From Camelus ferus (taxonomy: Eukaryota): a DNA stretch of 64,000 nucleotides. The stretch covers positions 5,396,001-5,460,000 of the forward strand of contig NC_045698.1 in the NCBI RefSeq assembly GCF_009834535.1, read 5' to 3'. The translations under genes were made by a program, and so were the position numbers. The notes under the pieces were generated by a model that worked only from the letters and a program-made list of their open reading frames with translations, ran no database searches and was not told the origin of the DNA. Positions 13,705-26,400 of the stretch are shown here, piece after piece. Within the stretch, counting starts at the first letter, position 1. Every line of letters begins with the position of its first letter.

Positions 13705-13915
13705 GAGTGCCATTTATGAAGTGTTTCCTGTGTGTAAGGCTCTGCACCAGGTACATGAATCTTTGACCAGGTGACCAAGAGAGCCTGTAAGGTGGGTACT
13801 GGTGCCCCCGGGGGCGGATGAGGAAAGTGAGGTCTGGAGGGGTGCAAGCTCACTAGGCTGGAGGGAGCCAGGATTCCAATGTGGGTGACGGACTTCAAAG
13901 CCCACCCGAGCACTT
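13705..13915 (-). mobile_element. MIR SINE, decayed
   Basis: gatgaggaaagtgagg core and gccaggattccaa...gacttcaaagccc. Confidence 0.55.
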
Positions 13916-14185
13916 TAGGACTTTATCAGTTCCTCTTATTAATTAGCCCATGAACCTTCTCTGGGGAAGCGGGAAAATCTCAAAGCAAGTTCAACTGACA
14001 AGCAGAAGCTGATTACCTGATATTTATGCTTGATTAAATAGGAGCTAGGCTGCTTATGTGGTATGGTGTTCATGTGTAGTCAACTTTTCTATTTCAAGTC
14101 TCAGTACAGTTACATGTGGGAAATAATCATTGGTCCGCGTATGCAGGATTTCCCTGGGGAAGGCATTAGGTTTCTCCTTGGATGC

Positions 14186-14250
14186 TGTATTAGGTAGGGT
14201 TCTCCAGAAGAACAGAACCTTAAAGTTAACACATAAAATGGACCACCACA
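14186..14250 (-). mobile_element. MLT2 (ERVL) LTR remnant consisting of both termini only
   Basis: tgtattaggtagggttctccagaagaacagaacc is joined directly to aagttaacacataaaatggaccaccaca, giving TG...CA ends. Confidence 0.65.
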
Positions 14251-14942
14251 CATGGCAGCTAAGATAGGTGGGTGGCTGTTGCCTAGAAGGTTGTGGTGAG
14301 GATGGAGGGCCCCAGCCAGCACTGTGAGAACTTGGGCAGGGATGGGTTCCTGATGTCTGCCTGGACTTAACGGGAGATGGGGCACTTGACCAAGGGTTTC
14401 CATCTGTGTTACGACTTTGTGATACAAAATTCTATGAAAGGAGGGATAAAAAATAGATGCCTTCCAGAAAGCTATATGAACGTGTATTATTATTCATATA
14501 CCAGAGTAGCTTGTAAAAATTAAGTTCCCTGCTTCATTTTTGTCTCCCATGATTATTAATCTCTAGCATACTGTCTCTTTCTGTGAATAATTTCTAAAAA
14601 AAAATAGAAGTCATATATCAGATTATCCATGTTGACCCCAGAAATACAAAGAAAATATTATTACTATTCAGCTATTCTTTTCTGCTTGCTAAAGCTTAGT
14701 ATAAAATAAGAACTCTCTATTAATTTGGAAGACTTTCTTTTACTGAACTCTCAGATAAGGATTATTTTGTCATCTTTTGATGCAATCTGGATTTGCAGGT
14801 ATATCTGAAATGTGTGTGCATTTGGCTGGAGCAGAATGTATCCATGCAGTAGAGGTTCTGAAATTTGCTAAGACACGAATTCTAAGTCCTGTGTGTATGT
14901 TGTTTTGTCGTATTGTTTTCGTCTGTTTGTTTTTCTTAATAG

Positions 14943-15027
14943 ACCAGGCATTTGGAAAGACCTTAAGACCATGGGATCAGTGTCTCTCTTTATATTTTTC
15001 ATCACACTGCTTGTTCTGGGTAGACAG
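14943..15027 (+). CDS. ADCY2: Adenylate cyclase 2, coding exon (~exon 19)
   Basis: Boundaries ttaatag|A CCA GGC ... AGA CAG|gtaaga, 85 nt, phase-compatible with the previous exon. Translates (R)PGIWKDLKTMGSVSLFIFFITLLVLGRQ. Confidence 0.97.
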
Positions 15028-17010
15028 GTAAGAAGTCTGTTTTTTCTCATATAACGTCTCTAAAGTGCTGTATTAATAACACTTTGCTGATGGGCATTGT
15101 CGCCCTTATTTACATGCAAACAAGTGTTGAGATATCGGCATCACCCTATCACCTAAGGGACGAGTGGGGAGTGCAAGGTGTGTGCTTGGATCTGGATAAA
15201 GAGGAGAGGTCTCTTATTTTTTTCCCTAAGAGGCAAACTTTGTGAACAGTAGAAATGCGAATCAGGGAACTTCTGTTAAGTCTCAAAATAAACATGTAGG
15301 TTTTGTAAGCCTACGAAAGAATTCCCTCAGATGCTAATTGGAAAAATGTCCCCTTGCCTGGGGTTTTCATCTGCATTTCAGAAAGCATGGCTGCTGCTTA
15401 TCTGAAGTGGGTATTAAATACCTTTGCTGTCACTTGTAATTTTCCCTAGAAATATGGTCCCCTGTGCAGAAATTGTATTTTGTGATGCAAATGAAACTTC
15501 CTCCTCGGGCTCTGCACCTGCTTCTGGCCTCCCAATGGAGCCCGTGGGTGCAGGACTTCCAAGGACAATGTTCTTTCTCTGCCCGCAAACAAGGACAGTC
15601 ACCCCAAGACTGAAGACCCATCCCATCCCAGGTGGCTGTGCTTCAACTAAAGTTTGTTTTCAGTTCTCTGATGGACAGTGTGAAACAACGAAGTGATTTA
15701 TTTGGAAATAACCAAGGAGGAGGCAGTGCCAACTGAATTATGTGCACATCACTCAACAGTTACATTATCTGAGAGGCAATCCATCAACTTGGGAGTTTGG
15801 GGCTGGCTTCCATTTCTCCCCAGTAGGAATCTGTTAATAATTGAACAGTCAAGGCAGAGTCCAGATCTGTGACAGTCAGTCCAGCACCTGGGAACGCCGT
15901 CCCCTTCCATCTTGCTGGGTAGGGCAAGGGTCTTCCTTCCCTGAAGCCCACCATGCAGACTTTACCAATCTCAAGCCCACAGTGCAGCTCTTAACAATCT
16001 CCCTAGAGCAGTGCTAAGGTCCCGCTGCAGAGCTTAGAGGACCCCAGTCTCCCCCCGCCCTCCCCATCTCGGCCCCTGTCATGATGTCCCAGATGTTTGG
16101 TTCTGCGCTCCTTGGCTTGAGTTCTGACAGCCTGCATCTTTCAATTAACCCCTTAGACCATGTCCTGTTCTTTTTTCTTGGTTTCCTTTGTCGCTCTGGC
16201 TACCTGGCTTTCTCTACTGTTGGTCAGCTTTCTGCATTCACTCGTAGAGAAAGGGCACATCCTCCCTCTGGAAACCCGACAATGTGATGTGAAGGAACTG
16301 GGCTTCCTTGCAGGATGTCACCTAGAGGATCATTCCTCGGGACAGCATGGCCGTCCCTCTGCGGGGTCTACTGCTTTACGCTGTGGTCTCTCCTGCCAGC
16401 ATCATCACTAGGATGCTTCACAGTAATACACTGTAATTACCTAGAATCAAACTGAATTCTCCCAACTTTGTTATTGATCACGAGGTAACACACAGGGCAT
16501 GCCACTACACAAATGTTGAATCCCATGGCTGCTCACTGATCAGTTGCTCTCTCATTGATTTAAGGTAAATAATCAAAAGCATGCAATATTATGATGCAAT
16601 ATTACGATCGGGCATCAGTTTAACACAATAGTGTTGATTCCAGCCTTACGGGGAGCCATTCCTTTTTCATCACTAATGTGATGATAAGTAATATGTCCAT
16701 CTTGAGACCTAGAGTTATGACTCCCTGCAGGAGTAATCATGTTCACAGTCCTTTAACCAGCACCCACCGAGGACATACTGAGAGGAGCCAGGAGGCTGAC
16801 CATCGGTCCAGAATCATTAAGTGAACGGTTCTAAGGTCCCAAGTCTTCTGGGACAACAAGAACTGTGAAGTCTGTGATTTAGTGCTTCTGGACACCCTTC
16901 TGGAAACATGACTGTATTACAGACAAACAGCTGATACTTGAAGTAAGGTTTTCAAGTTTCAAAAGAATTCATGGCCTTAGAGTTATTTTATTTTCTGAAT
17001 CTGTTTTAAA

Positions 17011-17160
17011 GGGGGTGGGTACAGCTCAGTGGTAGAGTGCATGCCTAGCATACACAAGGTCCTGGGTTCAATCCCCAGTACCTCCATTAAGAAAAAAAAA
17101 ATTAAAACTAAATAAGTAAACCTAATTACCACCCCCCTAAGGGGAAAAAAACAATTTAAA
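17011..17160 (+). mobile_element. Vic-1-type camelid tRNA-Ala-derived SINE
   Basis: A box (agctcagtggtagag), B box (gggttcaatcccc), and tail aaataagtaaacctaattaccacccccc plus an A-rich end. Confidence 0.85.
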
Positions 17161-17918
17161 GAATTGCACAGACATTTTGCAACTGATTTTCATTATCATT
17201 TGCCCTAAAGGCTCCCCTGCCCCATGAGTGTCCTTTCTGAAATGATGGCAGTGTCCTTGCTGTTGGAGAAAATTACTGTGCTAAATATTGCTCTAAATAT
17301 TTAAGAAGCCTTAATGAAAATGTAACACATATCCTAGACTACCACGCTCTGCAGTGAAATCTAGTTTCTGTAGAAATGCCAACTCAAGGGCCTCTTGAAA
17401 AAGAAAGATCCCCTACATTTCACCCAAGTTCAAAGGGCAGCACACGGCTGTTGAGGGTCTGTGTCCCAGGAGGGCTCACTCAGGATACGGAACCAGGCAG
17501 TCGAGTGGCCTGAGAGTGAAGCCAAGGTCGTTGTGTGCAAGAGTTGAGAATCCAAGAGAAAGCAGAATCACATGCCGCCTGCACCCTGGCCCGGGGACCA
17601 CTTCTGTCCACGCAGAAAGATGTAAGCTCAGTTCCTCAGAACTAGACAGGGCTGTGCTGGGATGTGAAACACAGCAGTGAGGGTCGTCAGGGTCCCAGAT
17701 GTGGTCTGGATGCCTCTTCCAGACTCTTCTTACTCTTTACCCATCAAGCCACAGCTGATGAAGAGCAAATTCAGCATCCCTGAGTGGGACATGGGCCCCT
17801 GGGAATTGGGGGAGCAGCGGCACACAGAATCTGAGAGATGGGGGAGATTTGAGGTCCAGGGGTCACGAAGCAGGGTGGCTGTTTGAGTAGAAGTGGCACA
17901 GAGTCCTTGAAGCTCTCA

Positions 17919-18076
17919 GGGGAGAGGGCATAGCTCAAGTGGTAGAGCACATGCTTAGCATACACAGGGTCCTGGGTTCAATCCCTGGTACCTCCTCTAA
18001 AAATAAATAAAACAAGTAAACCTAACTACTTCCCCCCCTAAAAAAAAACAGCAACAACAAAAAATAACAAAAAGAA
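17919..18076 (+). mobile_element. Vic-1-type camelid SINE with 16-bp TSD
   Basis: A and B boxes and the typical tail. Flanked by agtccttgaagctctc (17902-17917) and agtccttaaagctctc (18077-18092). Confidence 0.9.
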
Positions 18077-18194
18077 AGTCCTTAAAGCTCTCCTCTTGAG
18101 CTCTTTCTTGCTCTGAGTCACGGTCACAGAGGCAGCGCCTTTCCCTGGATCTCTTCACACAGCCTCCCCTGGGTCTGGGTCAGACCCTCCTCTC

Positions 18195-18341
18195 CTTTCT
18201 CTTACAAGGACACCATCGTCAGAATTACAGCCCACCCTAGATCCAGGATGATCCCATCCTGAGATCCTTGAGTTAATTACATCTGCTACTGGGGGTTGGA
18301 ACTTCAAACTATCTTTTGGGGACATGATTAAATCCACTACA
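18195..18341 (-). mobile_element. MLT1-type MaLR LTR fragment
   Basis: cttacaaggacacc...gcccaccctagatccaggatgatcccatc...ttaattacatctgc...aatccactaca. Confidence 0.7.
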
Positions 18342-20054
18342 GCTGGTTTGGGATAAACATTTGTCTTCCTTCGGGGGACTCCACGTGAGTTTCTGAGGTA
18401 GCTGTACATCAAGGAGAGGGCTCTACAGCAGACTGCACTGGCTGGAGAGATAAGAGGTGAAGATCTGGCGGAGTGTCCCATTCAGTCCAATGTGGCTGGT
18501 CCCAAAGTGCTCTGATTCCTTCGGTAGGAGACTTGCAGGACGCTTGCAGGGGATGGTGCACTTGGGAGACCTCAGCCACTCAGCATGGCTTATGGAAAGC
18601 TTTCAGACTTACACTACACGAATTCGGCTTGTTGCCTGCCTTAGCGGGCTCCTTGGTTTCATCACATGTTTCATTTTTGTCTGATCTTCAGTGCATACCT
18701 GTGTCTTCTCAGTGCCTCACCATAGATTGCTTCTGTCATTTTAGTTTAACCAGCCACACCACTTTGATTTATCCAAAAAAAAAATCCAAATAAATAATCT
18801 ATTATCCAAGTGAGAGGCCTTTTCTAGTAAGAGCACAGCATGATTTCCATAAATACAGAATGTGGAAAATGTGGCATTAATGTAAAATTTTAATATAGGC
18901 AGACTTTAAAAATAACTCTTTTGTAATTTTTTTTAAAAATGTCTTGTTATATGAGCTAAAAATAAATGCCTTTCAGAGTAACAGGAGTAATTTTTGAGTA
19001 TATCATACGTAGTTTGAATCAAACCTAATCAGGGAATGATAATTGTTTTTTCAGGTTTCGCAATGTGAATTTTTTTTAATGGCCATCAGTGCATGCAAAG
19101 CCATTTATGTGTGTTTTGCTTTGTTTTGTGCTGTCATTGGTATAACTCATCAAACCAATCAAACAAACTCCCTGCATTTAGTTCTTCTTTGCATTTATTT
19201 GTCAATAACTTACTATCTGTTCTGAAATACACCCTCTCTATTCACCCCTTCTGTTACAGGAAGATTCATTCAAGGCAATTTCATTATATTAAATTACATA
19301 CATCATAGCAGGCACAGAATGATGCCAAACCAAAGAGACCCTGTGATGGTAAATGGGCCTTTCTATTTTTCCAATGTTAATAACAGCTAGTTTTTTTAAA
19401 CACTGAATTTTAATACATCATAAAGCTTGAACACATACATTTTTACTAGCAGGCACCATCTTAATTAAATGATACCAAAATGAACTGTTGTCTAAATATA
19501 ATGTCATTCTCTCAGTATAATGCAATCCCAAATGAAAAAACATACTTTTCAATGAAGACGTAATTATATAATTTGTGGTAGTGGAAAACTGATTTTCAGA
19601 TATTAAAGGCAAAGTGCCACAAATGACACTATTATTTTTAAATGCAAATCATGAAACAATGCACTCTCTCTGCTAATGTGCTTTCTATTTTTCATTTATT
19701 CATTATTTATATTCTATCACGCCTCTTTTCAAAAATTAATTCAAGCCACCACTTATTAACATAACTATGTAAGAAGTTTTCCTGTTGTTTTTGCTTTCAA
19801 GCTTCCAGGATAGCTATTTTCTCTGTTTCTGAGGCTGGTTCTTTCTCTAATTTGCATTTTGCAAATCCATGTTACAGGGTGAATGAGAGAGATCTGGGGG
19901 GAACAGAGGGCTTGGCAGGGAGGGTGACAATTCTGTTTGGGGGGGGTTCTTTTTTAGGTTTTATTTCATTCTTTTTATTTACTCTTTAAAACCTCCACTC
20001 TCTGGCAGGACACGATGCCTATTGTTTCTTTACCTCTGTGTCCTCTTGTAACAG

Positions 20055-20213
20055 AATGAATATTACTGTAGGTTAGACTTCTTATGGAAGAACAAGTTCA
20101 AAAAAGAGCGGGAGGAGATAGAAACCATGGAGAACTTGAACCGCGTGCTGCTGGAGAATGTGCTCCCTGCGCACGTGGCTGAGCACTTCCTGGCCCGGAG
20201 CCTGAAGAATGAG
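20055..20213 (+). CDS. ADCY2: Adenylate cyclase 2, coding exon (~exon 20; helical region into C2a)
   Basis: Boundaries taacag|AAT ... AAT GAG|gtcaga, 159 nt. Translates NEYYCRLDFLWKNKFKKEREEIETMENLNRVLLENVLPAHVAEHFLARSLKNE. Confidence 0.97.
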
Positions 20214-20218
20214 GTCAG

Positions 20219-20400
20219 AGAGGCGCAGTGGGTGGGGAGGGGCGGGGCCGACAAGGGGGGCGGGGCCAGTGGAAGGGAATGGCGGGGCTGGTAGAGGGGC
20301 GGGGCAAGTGGAGAGGCGGGGCCGAGGAGGGCCTGGGGTCGGTGGGGAGGGGCTGTGACCAGGGAAGGGCGTGGGCTGGGTGGGGCGGAGGCTGAGGGCA
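20219..20400 (+). repeat. G-rich degenerate minisatellite (GGCGGGGC units)
   Basis: At least five GGCGGGGC cores at roughly 18-25 nt spacing, directly after an ADCY2 exon donor. Confidence 0.85.
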
Positions 20401-23400
20401 GTGACCCAGAGGCCTGTGGCACTTTAAACACCTCGATGTTAAAAATGTCCGACATCGGCCTGAATGGGTCCGTCTGCAGGAGGACATTGATTGGCCGCAT
20501 AGACATCAGAAGAAAATGCGAGTTAGAAGGGCCTCTGAACCTCTAACCATGAAGCTGATTCACTCTTCCTAGTTTTTCTTCCCCATCATGTAAAGTTCCG
20601 AATGCAGCATTTGAGGCACTGGGGTTCCAGATATGTTCCCAAATTGGCCACCGCCCTCTACCTGGTGTGAGAAGACGGCTCCTTAGCAGCAGGCCATCGA
20701 AGCCAAAGAGGCAGAATGACACCATGCATCCCCACCCCCACAGTTTCACTGCTCACCACCTCCCTGAGAGCCTTTTAAGGGTCTTAGAAATTCAGAGATA
20801 GGAGAGGGACAGAATTTAGGAGCTAGCCACACGAGAGCATATCAAATGAATGGATGGAAATGGGAATTTCACAGAGCATCTGAAAGAATGGATATTTAAC
20901 TAGAGTTGGAAAGTTTAGCATGTCGATTCGATGTTGAAATGGCTTATGAAATGTCAAGAGTTTTCTTTAATGTTACTAAATTACAAGAGTCAGCAGATGT
21001 ATCTACAGTGCGACTGTGTTCATTTAAGAAACGCGTCTTTGAACATCCCTTGAGTGAAAGACCTGTGTTTGGTACTGTGGAGTTTCAGAGGTGGGTGAGG
21101 TGCAGCCTGTGTTCTCAGGAAATGTTCACTGAGGATGGCAAGTGCATGAGGGACCCAGAACTCATTAATAGATACGCTTAACCTTGATTACTCTGATGTA
21201 CAAAGCAGCCTCGAGCGAGAAGGCTTGCAACAGTATTTTTCTGTAGCAGTTGGCATTAGGCATTTTTCTGTAAAGTTGGCATTAGTAGAAAGTGCCAGGT
21301 GAACTGTGAGGGGCTGGACATTATCACTCTGGTCTCCCTGGGAGCCAGTCCAGGGGCCCCAGCCGGTCTGTCTGTGGCCTGTTCACTTCCCTGTTTCTTT
21401 TCCTGGGGTTTTCTGCGTTCTGTACCTTATTCAGCAACTTACCTGCTGGTCCCAGATGAAGAAGTCACTGCATCTATTAGGAAGGAGCCATCTGTTTTCA
21501 TTAGCAAAATAAGAGCTTCTCTGTGTCTATATGTCTAGCTGTCAGTTCGGTTTGTAAGTTCACCAGGTGCCTAATGCTGCCCCTGCCCTGTGGTCAGGCT
21601 GGTGTGGACCTGGATACGAGATGAACAGGACAAGAAGGCCACATCCCCAGGAGAGGGCAGGAATCCTGTCTTCTCCAAAGGCTCTGGCTGTGTACGTGCA
21701 GGAGTCCAGAAGGGCCCCCACCGTAAGCAGGTGACTTCCGAACCTGAAAAGAAGGTGCTGGAAACTAGGGAGATTGGGGAGGAGGAGGAAAAGACCATTC
21801 CAGGCTGCAAGGGGCTGCTTCTGTCCAGATGCCGAGAAAGCATCTTGTTCGAGACCTTGAAAGGCCCCGCATTCAGCCATTCAGGACTTGCCAGCCTCCC
21901 CTGCCCACTCCTGACATCTCCCTTCGCCAGACCAGGGAAATCTCTGTTTCTCTCTGTTCTTTCCTTTTTGCTTGACTTACTCTAAGCAGGCATCTGAACA
22001 CTGTTGCCCCCTGGGAAATCATACGGAAAGGCAGGTAGGATGGAAAGTAAAACCTAGAGGTGGACAGCATGGGTGCGAATCCTCATCCCAGCATTTTCTG
22101 CCGTGGAAACTGGGGCCGCTGCGTCCCGGCATGAGCCCCACCTCCACCTCCGTCAGAGGAGAACTGTGCCTTTCTTTGTGCAATTCTTAGGTGGAGTGTG
22201 GGACATTGACATGGTGCTGTCACACCAAGTGTCGCTCCAGCAGAGGCAGGCATTTGACAGGGCGGGACCCAGAGTCTTAGGTCCACGTGGGTGGGACACA
22301 CTTGGCAGGGAGCTTAGCTCCAAAGCACCCAGGACTCATCCGCTTACTGAGTGGCCCTACTGTGCACCAGGCCAGTGACCTTTATGCCACTAACACAACT
22401 CTTGGGTGCCCCAAGGCGGAGGTGACCATTCCTTCCAAGTTCCCTCATCAGTGATGCTATTTTAATAATTAAAACACAAGCACAGCATCTCCTACAGCCT
22501 CCACCACCCAGTGGGCTCCCGCCACCACCCAGATGGCTACAGAGTGGGGGCAGGGCTGCGCAGCGGGTTTGCAGCCTGGACCAGGCTCCACCTCGCTGCT
22601 CGCTCGGGCAGTTGGGGAACTTTTCTGGGACAGAGTAGGAATCAGCACATTTTGATGAAACCAGCTCTGTACTCTGTTGCCTCATTTGTCAGATAAAAGA
22701 GGCGAATTCCTTGGGGGCCTGGTGCATGACCACATCACGCCTGTGTGTGCACGTGACCCTGACTTTAGGCACTAAACTGACTCCCGCCGCAGACATCAGC
22801 ACCATTCACCGGGCTCCCAGCTGTGGCTCGTGAAGATGGCTTGTTCCTTCATTCAGGAAACACACCCCTGACCCAGGCAGCCTGCTGCTCTGCAGAAAAA
22901 TGGACAGGGGCTCAGTTTCAAAGCTTTTCATACTCTTATTGCCTCAAACAGCTCCAGGTTCCCTAACAGCACACTAGGGGTCTCCGGTCTTGCTCAGGGT
23001 CCCTCGACTCCCTGGGCAGCGTTAGGTTTGCATTCTCTAGCTGCTGCCCTGACATCGCTCGGGAGGGGAGAGCGACACACGCTGATCCTTCCACTGGAGG
23101 CATCAGACCCGTGAGACCCTCCTTCAAGTGATGTCTTCATTCTGCACAGCCGTGGGCTGCAGACGACACAGAGCTCCCCTGAGCTGTGACTTGCCATATT
23201 TTACTGCCAGTTTTTGTTGGTCGGGTGAAATATTTGGGAGTTGGGAAGTGGGGAGCTACTCAAGCAGCCACTGCAAATGTTGGGGATTGAAAAATGATGG
23301 GGCAGCACCGCTGTCTGCCCCAAGGCCCTGCGTGCTCAGCAGGGCAGCGTTGCCCTCCAGGCGCTGAAGAGCACGCAGGTCCTGAAGGAGATGCTGTCGC

Positions 23401-26400
23401 TCCGATCCTCGTGGGAAAGTCCTGGCTGCAGCAGAGAGCCCATCACAGAGGGCCTAGGAGGAGAGTCACTAGCCCCCTGCCTCAAGGGTCTGAGAGCTCC
23501 CACCGTGAGTCTCAGAAGGGAGGGTTTTATTTCTGCTTTGGTTTTTATTTTCCCCAAAATACTTATGACAAGGTTATTATAAAGAGACTCCTTTGAGTGC
23601 ATAGCAAACTCCTGTCCCATCCCTCTGGCTTCCCGACGGGCTGGCTGCCTAATTTCTGTCTCGGTCGCCCCTTCCTGTCCACGGTGGGCTTGGTCCCTGG
23701 GCAGAAGAACCCTCTTCCCTGACCCAGTGATCCCAGGCCAGGCAGGCTGAAGGTTTTGCCTCCTGAAGCTAAAAGGTGCTGAGGTCTCTCCCGCAGCGTC
23801 AGAGCCAAATAGATGTGCCCAACTCTCTCTCCTCCCCCTACCCCACCCCCCTAAGGCTTCCTGGAGGGGAAGTTCTACTTACTGTTGAACGTGCAGTCCC
23901 TGGAGTGGGACCATTCCTGGAGGAGTCCAGACCCAAACTGGGTGTGGCAGAGTACAACCGATGCTGGGGACAACAGAGGTCCTTACACCTAGGGGTGGGG
24001 CTTCGCCAATAAAGGGATGCCTGAGGCACCCATGAAAGTGCCCTTCCTGGGCCCTCGCCGGCCTTCCTCACCTGCTGGGCCCCTCTTGGCAGCTGAGAGC
24101 AAAGCTCTTGTCCCAGGCCCAGCACTTCCTAGCGGTGGGACCTCAGGCCCCATCCTCACAAAGGCTGTAACAATTTTAAAAGCAGTAATTCACTCAAAGT
24201 CTTAAGAGCAGTGAGTTCCTGGCATGCGGTAAACACTCAGTTTTAGTTATCGTTTGAACAAGTGTCCCAGACTTCCGCAAAACTTGAGAATCACTGCGCC
24301 CTGGAATTTGTCAGTAGCTGTCAAGGAAGACATCTTCCCACCAGATTTCAGGGCCTGAGCAGAGTGGACAGCCAAGGACATAATCACTTTGCCCCGTATC
24401 TGCACCCGCCAGCACCCACCGCCTCAGCTCCTTGTCCGTGGGGCAGGCTGAGTTCTCACCACTTCTGAATGTAGAGACCAGAGCAGGGTTATTTTTAGAG
24501 CATGTGGTAGACAGGGTCTCAGCTTTCAGTCCCCCAGTAAAGGTGAACGTTCTGTGGTTTTCTGGAACATTCCTTGGAAACGTGACACATGACCTCAGGC
24601 AGGACCCACCTTTAACAAAGAGCCTTCTGGTGTGTCCTCTTGATTCCCCTGCCCTCTGCAGGCACATACAGAGGAAACTCGTTTCCCTTCAGAAGTAGGA
24701 AGGGAAGAATGATTTGATCACAATAATTCCAGAAAGATATTTATTTTGATTTAAAGGTGTTCACTACGCCTGTGTTCCGGGCCTGTGGGCAGAGAGCTGC
24801 TGCTGTTTGCAGGTGCCTTTCTTCCTGCCCCAGGGCATTTGTTTTACTCAAAACTTTCTCAAGCTTCTCCATCAGCGGGTGAGCATCGTGGCCAGGTCCA
24901 GGCCCACAGGCCATTCCCGCCCCGGGGCCAGAGCTCTGTGCGCCCAGATGGCGCCTGCTGGTTTACAAAGCCTGCTCCCAGGACTGCTGTGTCCTGGCAG
25001 AAATGTGTCTGAGAGGCCCCTTGAGCATACATCCAAGCTAGCTCTCATCACTTGTTGAAAAGACTGTGTTGTGTCACCACTGGTCCTTTGGCTGAGTCCC
25101 CAGGGGAAAGGATTGTGTGTGATTTGGAGCCAGGCAGCCTCATTCCGGGAGAGCTGAGGCTTGATCAGAACAAGACGCAGATGTCACTGGGGTCCGGGGG
25201 AAGTCCAAAACAGTTCCCCTTCCCAGCGAACCCTCCCACCCCCAGCACCCAGGTGGGTCCCTTAACCCATTCCTTATAGAGCCAGGCTAGAGCACCATGG
25301 GTCTTAAGAGATGCTTTAATGCTTTCTAATTATCTGACTCCCCTGAATAAACTAGGCATTGGCTGACAACTGGGGATGGGGTGCCCAGCAGTTAGCACCC
25401 AGGCCACCTGGGGGCAGTATGACAGGTGGGAACGCCTCCTCACTATGGCCTGAGTCAGCAAGAGAAAGCGCTGGCCCTGGAGTTTGGAGCCCTGAGCACT
25501 GGCGGTGGTTCTGGCAGTTTCCTAGGGCACACAGAGCAGACATCTCCACGGCTGGAGTCAGCAGCGCTCATCACACTTTGTTCTCCTGTTCTCTTATCTG
25601 CTCTCTCTCTCCAGCTAAAGTGTAAGCTCTTTAAGGCAGGGCTTGAATTGTCCTCTGTGTCCCTGACACCTGGTGTGAAGCCTGGCACGCGGCAGTTGCT
25701 CGTGGTGGGGGGTGGGGCTTTGTGGGTCAGCCTGTGACCCCAAGAGACAGTAGGTCTCATATTCCCAAGGTGGCGCACAACAGCGTGCAGAATTTACAGA
25801 TGCAAGCACTGTGCAAGTCTCAGCCCTTCGCTCTCAGAGACACGAGAGCCAGGAGGGTAGAGGCTGGAAGGTGGATTTTGGACAGAATGTAGTGAGAGGT
25901 AGCCTGCATCTAGCAGGACTGTGGGGAGTCACCCCTTCACCTCTGACCTCGTAAATGGACCAGACCTGCTTAGCTTGGGATGTGTACCTTGCACCTTGGA
26001 TCCCTGTGTAGTCCTAGGGAATCAGCTCCATCTGGGGGACACAGATGACAGGCAGCTCCTGACAGGTGGGAGATGCAGGGGGCGGGGGCTGATTGAAGGT
26101 CCAGGACAAGAGAGTTGGGGGCTGCAGGAGGGGATGTAATGGGACTGTGAGGGTTTTAGAGGGCAAAGCACACCGAATGTTCCCAGGGATTGAGCAAGAG
26201 AGAGAGAGTTGGCATGGGGTCATTTTAAATACTGTTTTGCAAAGCTGCTTGGAGAGGTGAATGGGCCATAGCAGAGAAGCTAGAAGACTAACCAGAGAGC
26301 TGGGGGCAGAGAGAGAGGTCACGAGTAGGCGGGGAGTGCATCGTCCACATCAGGGGAACCTCAGCCAGAAATCCTGGGATGGGGGGAATGACAAGGAGTC

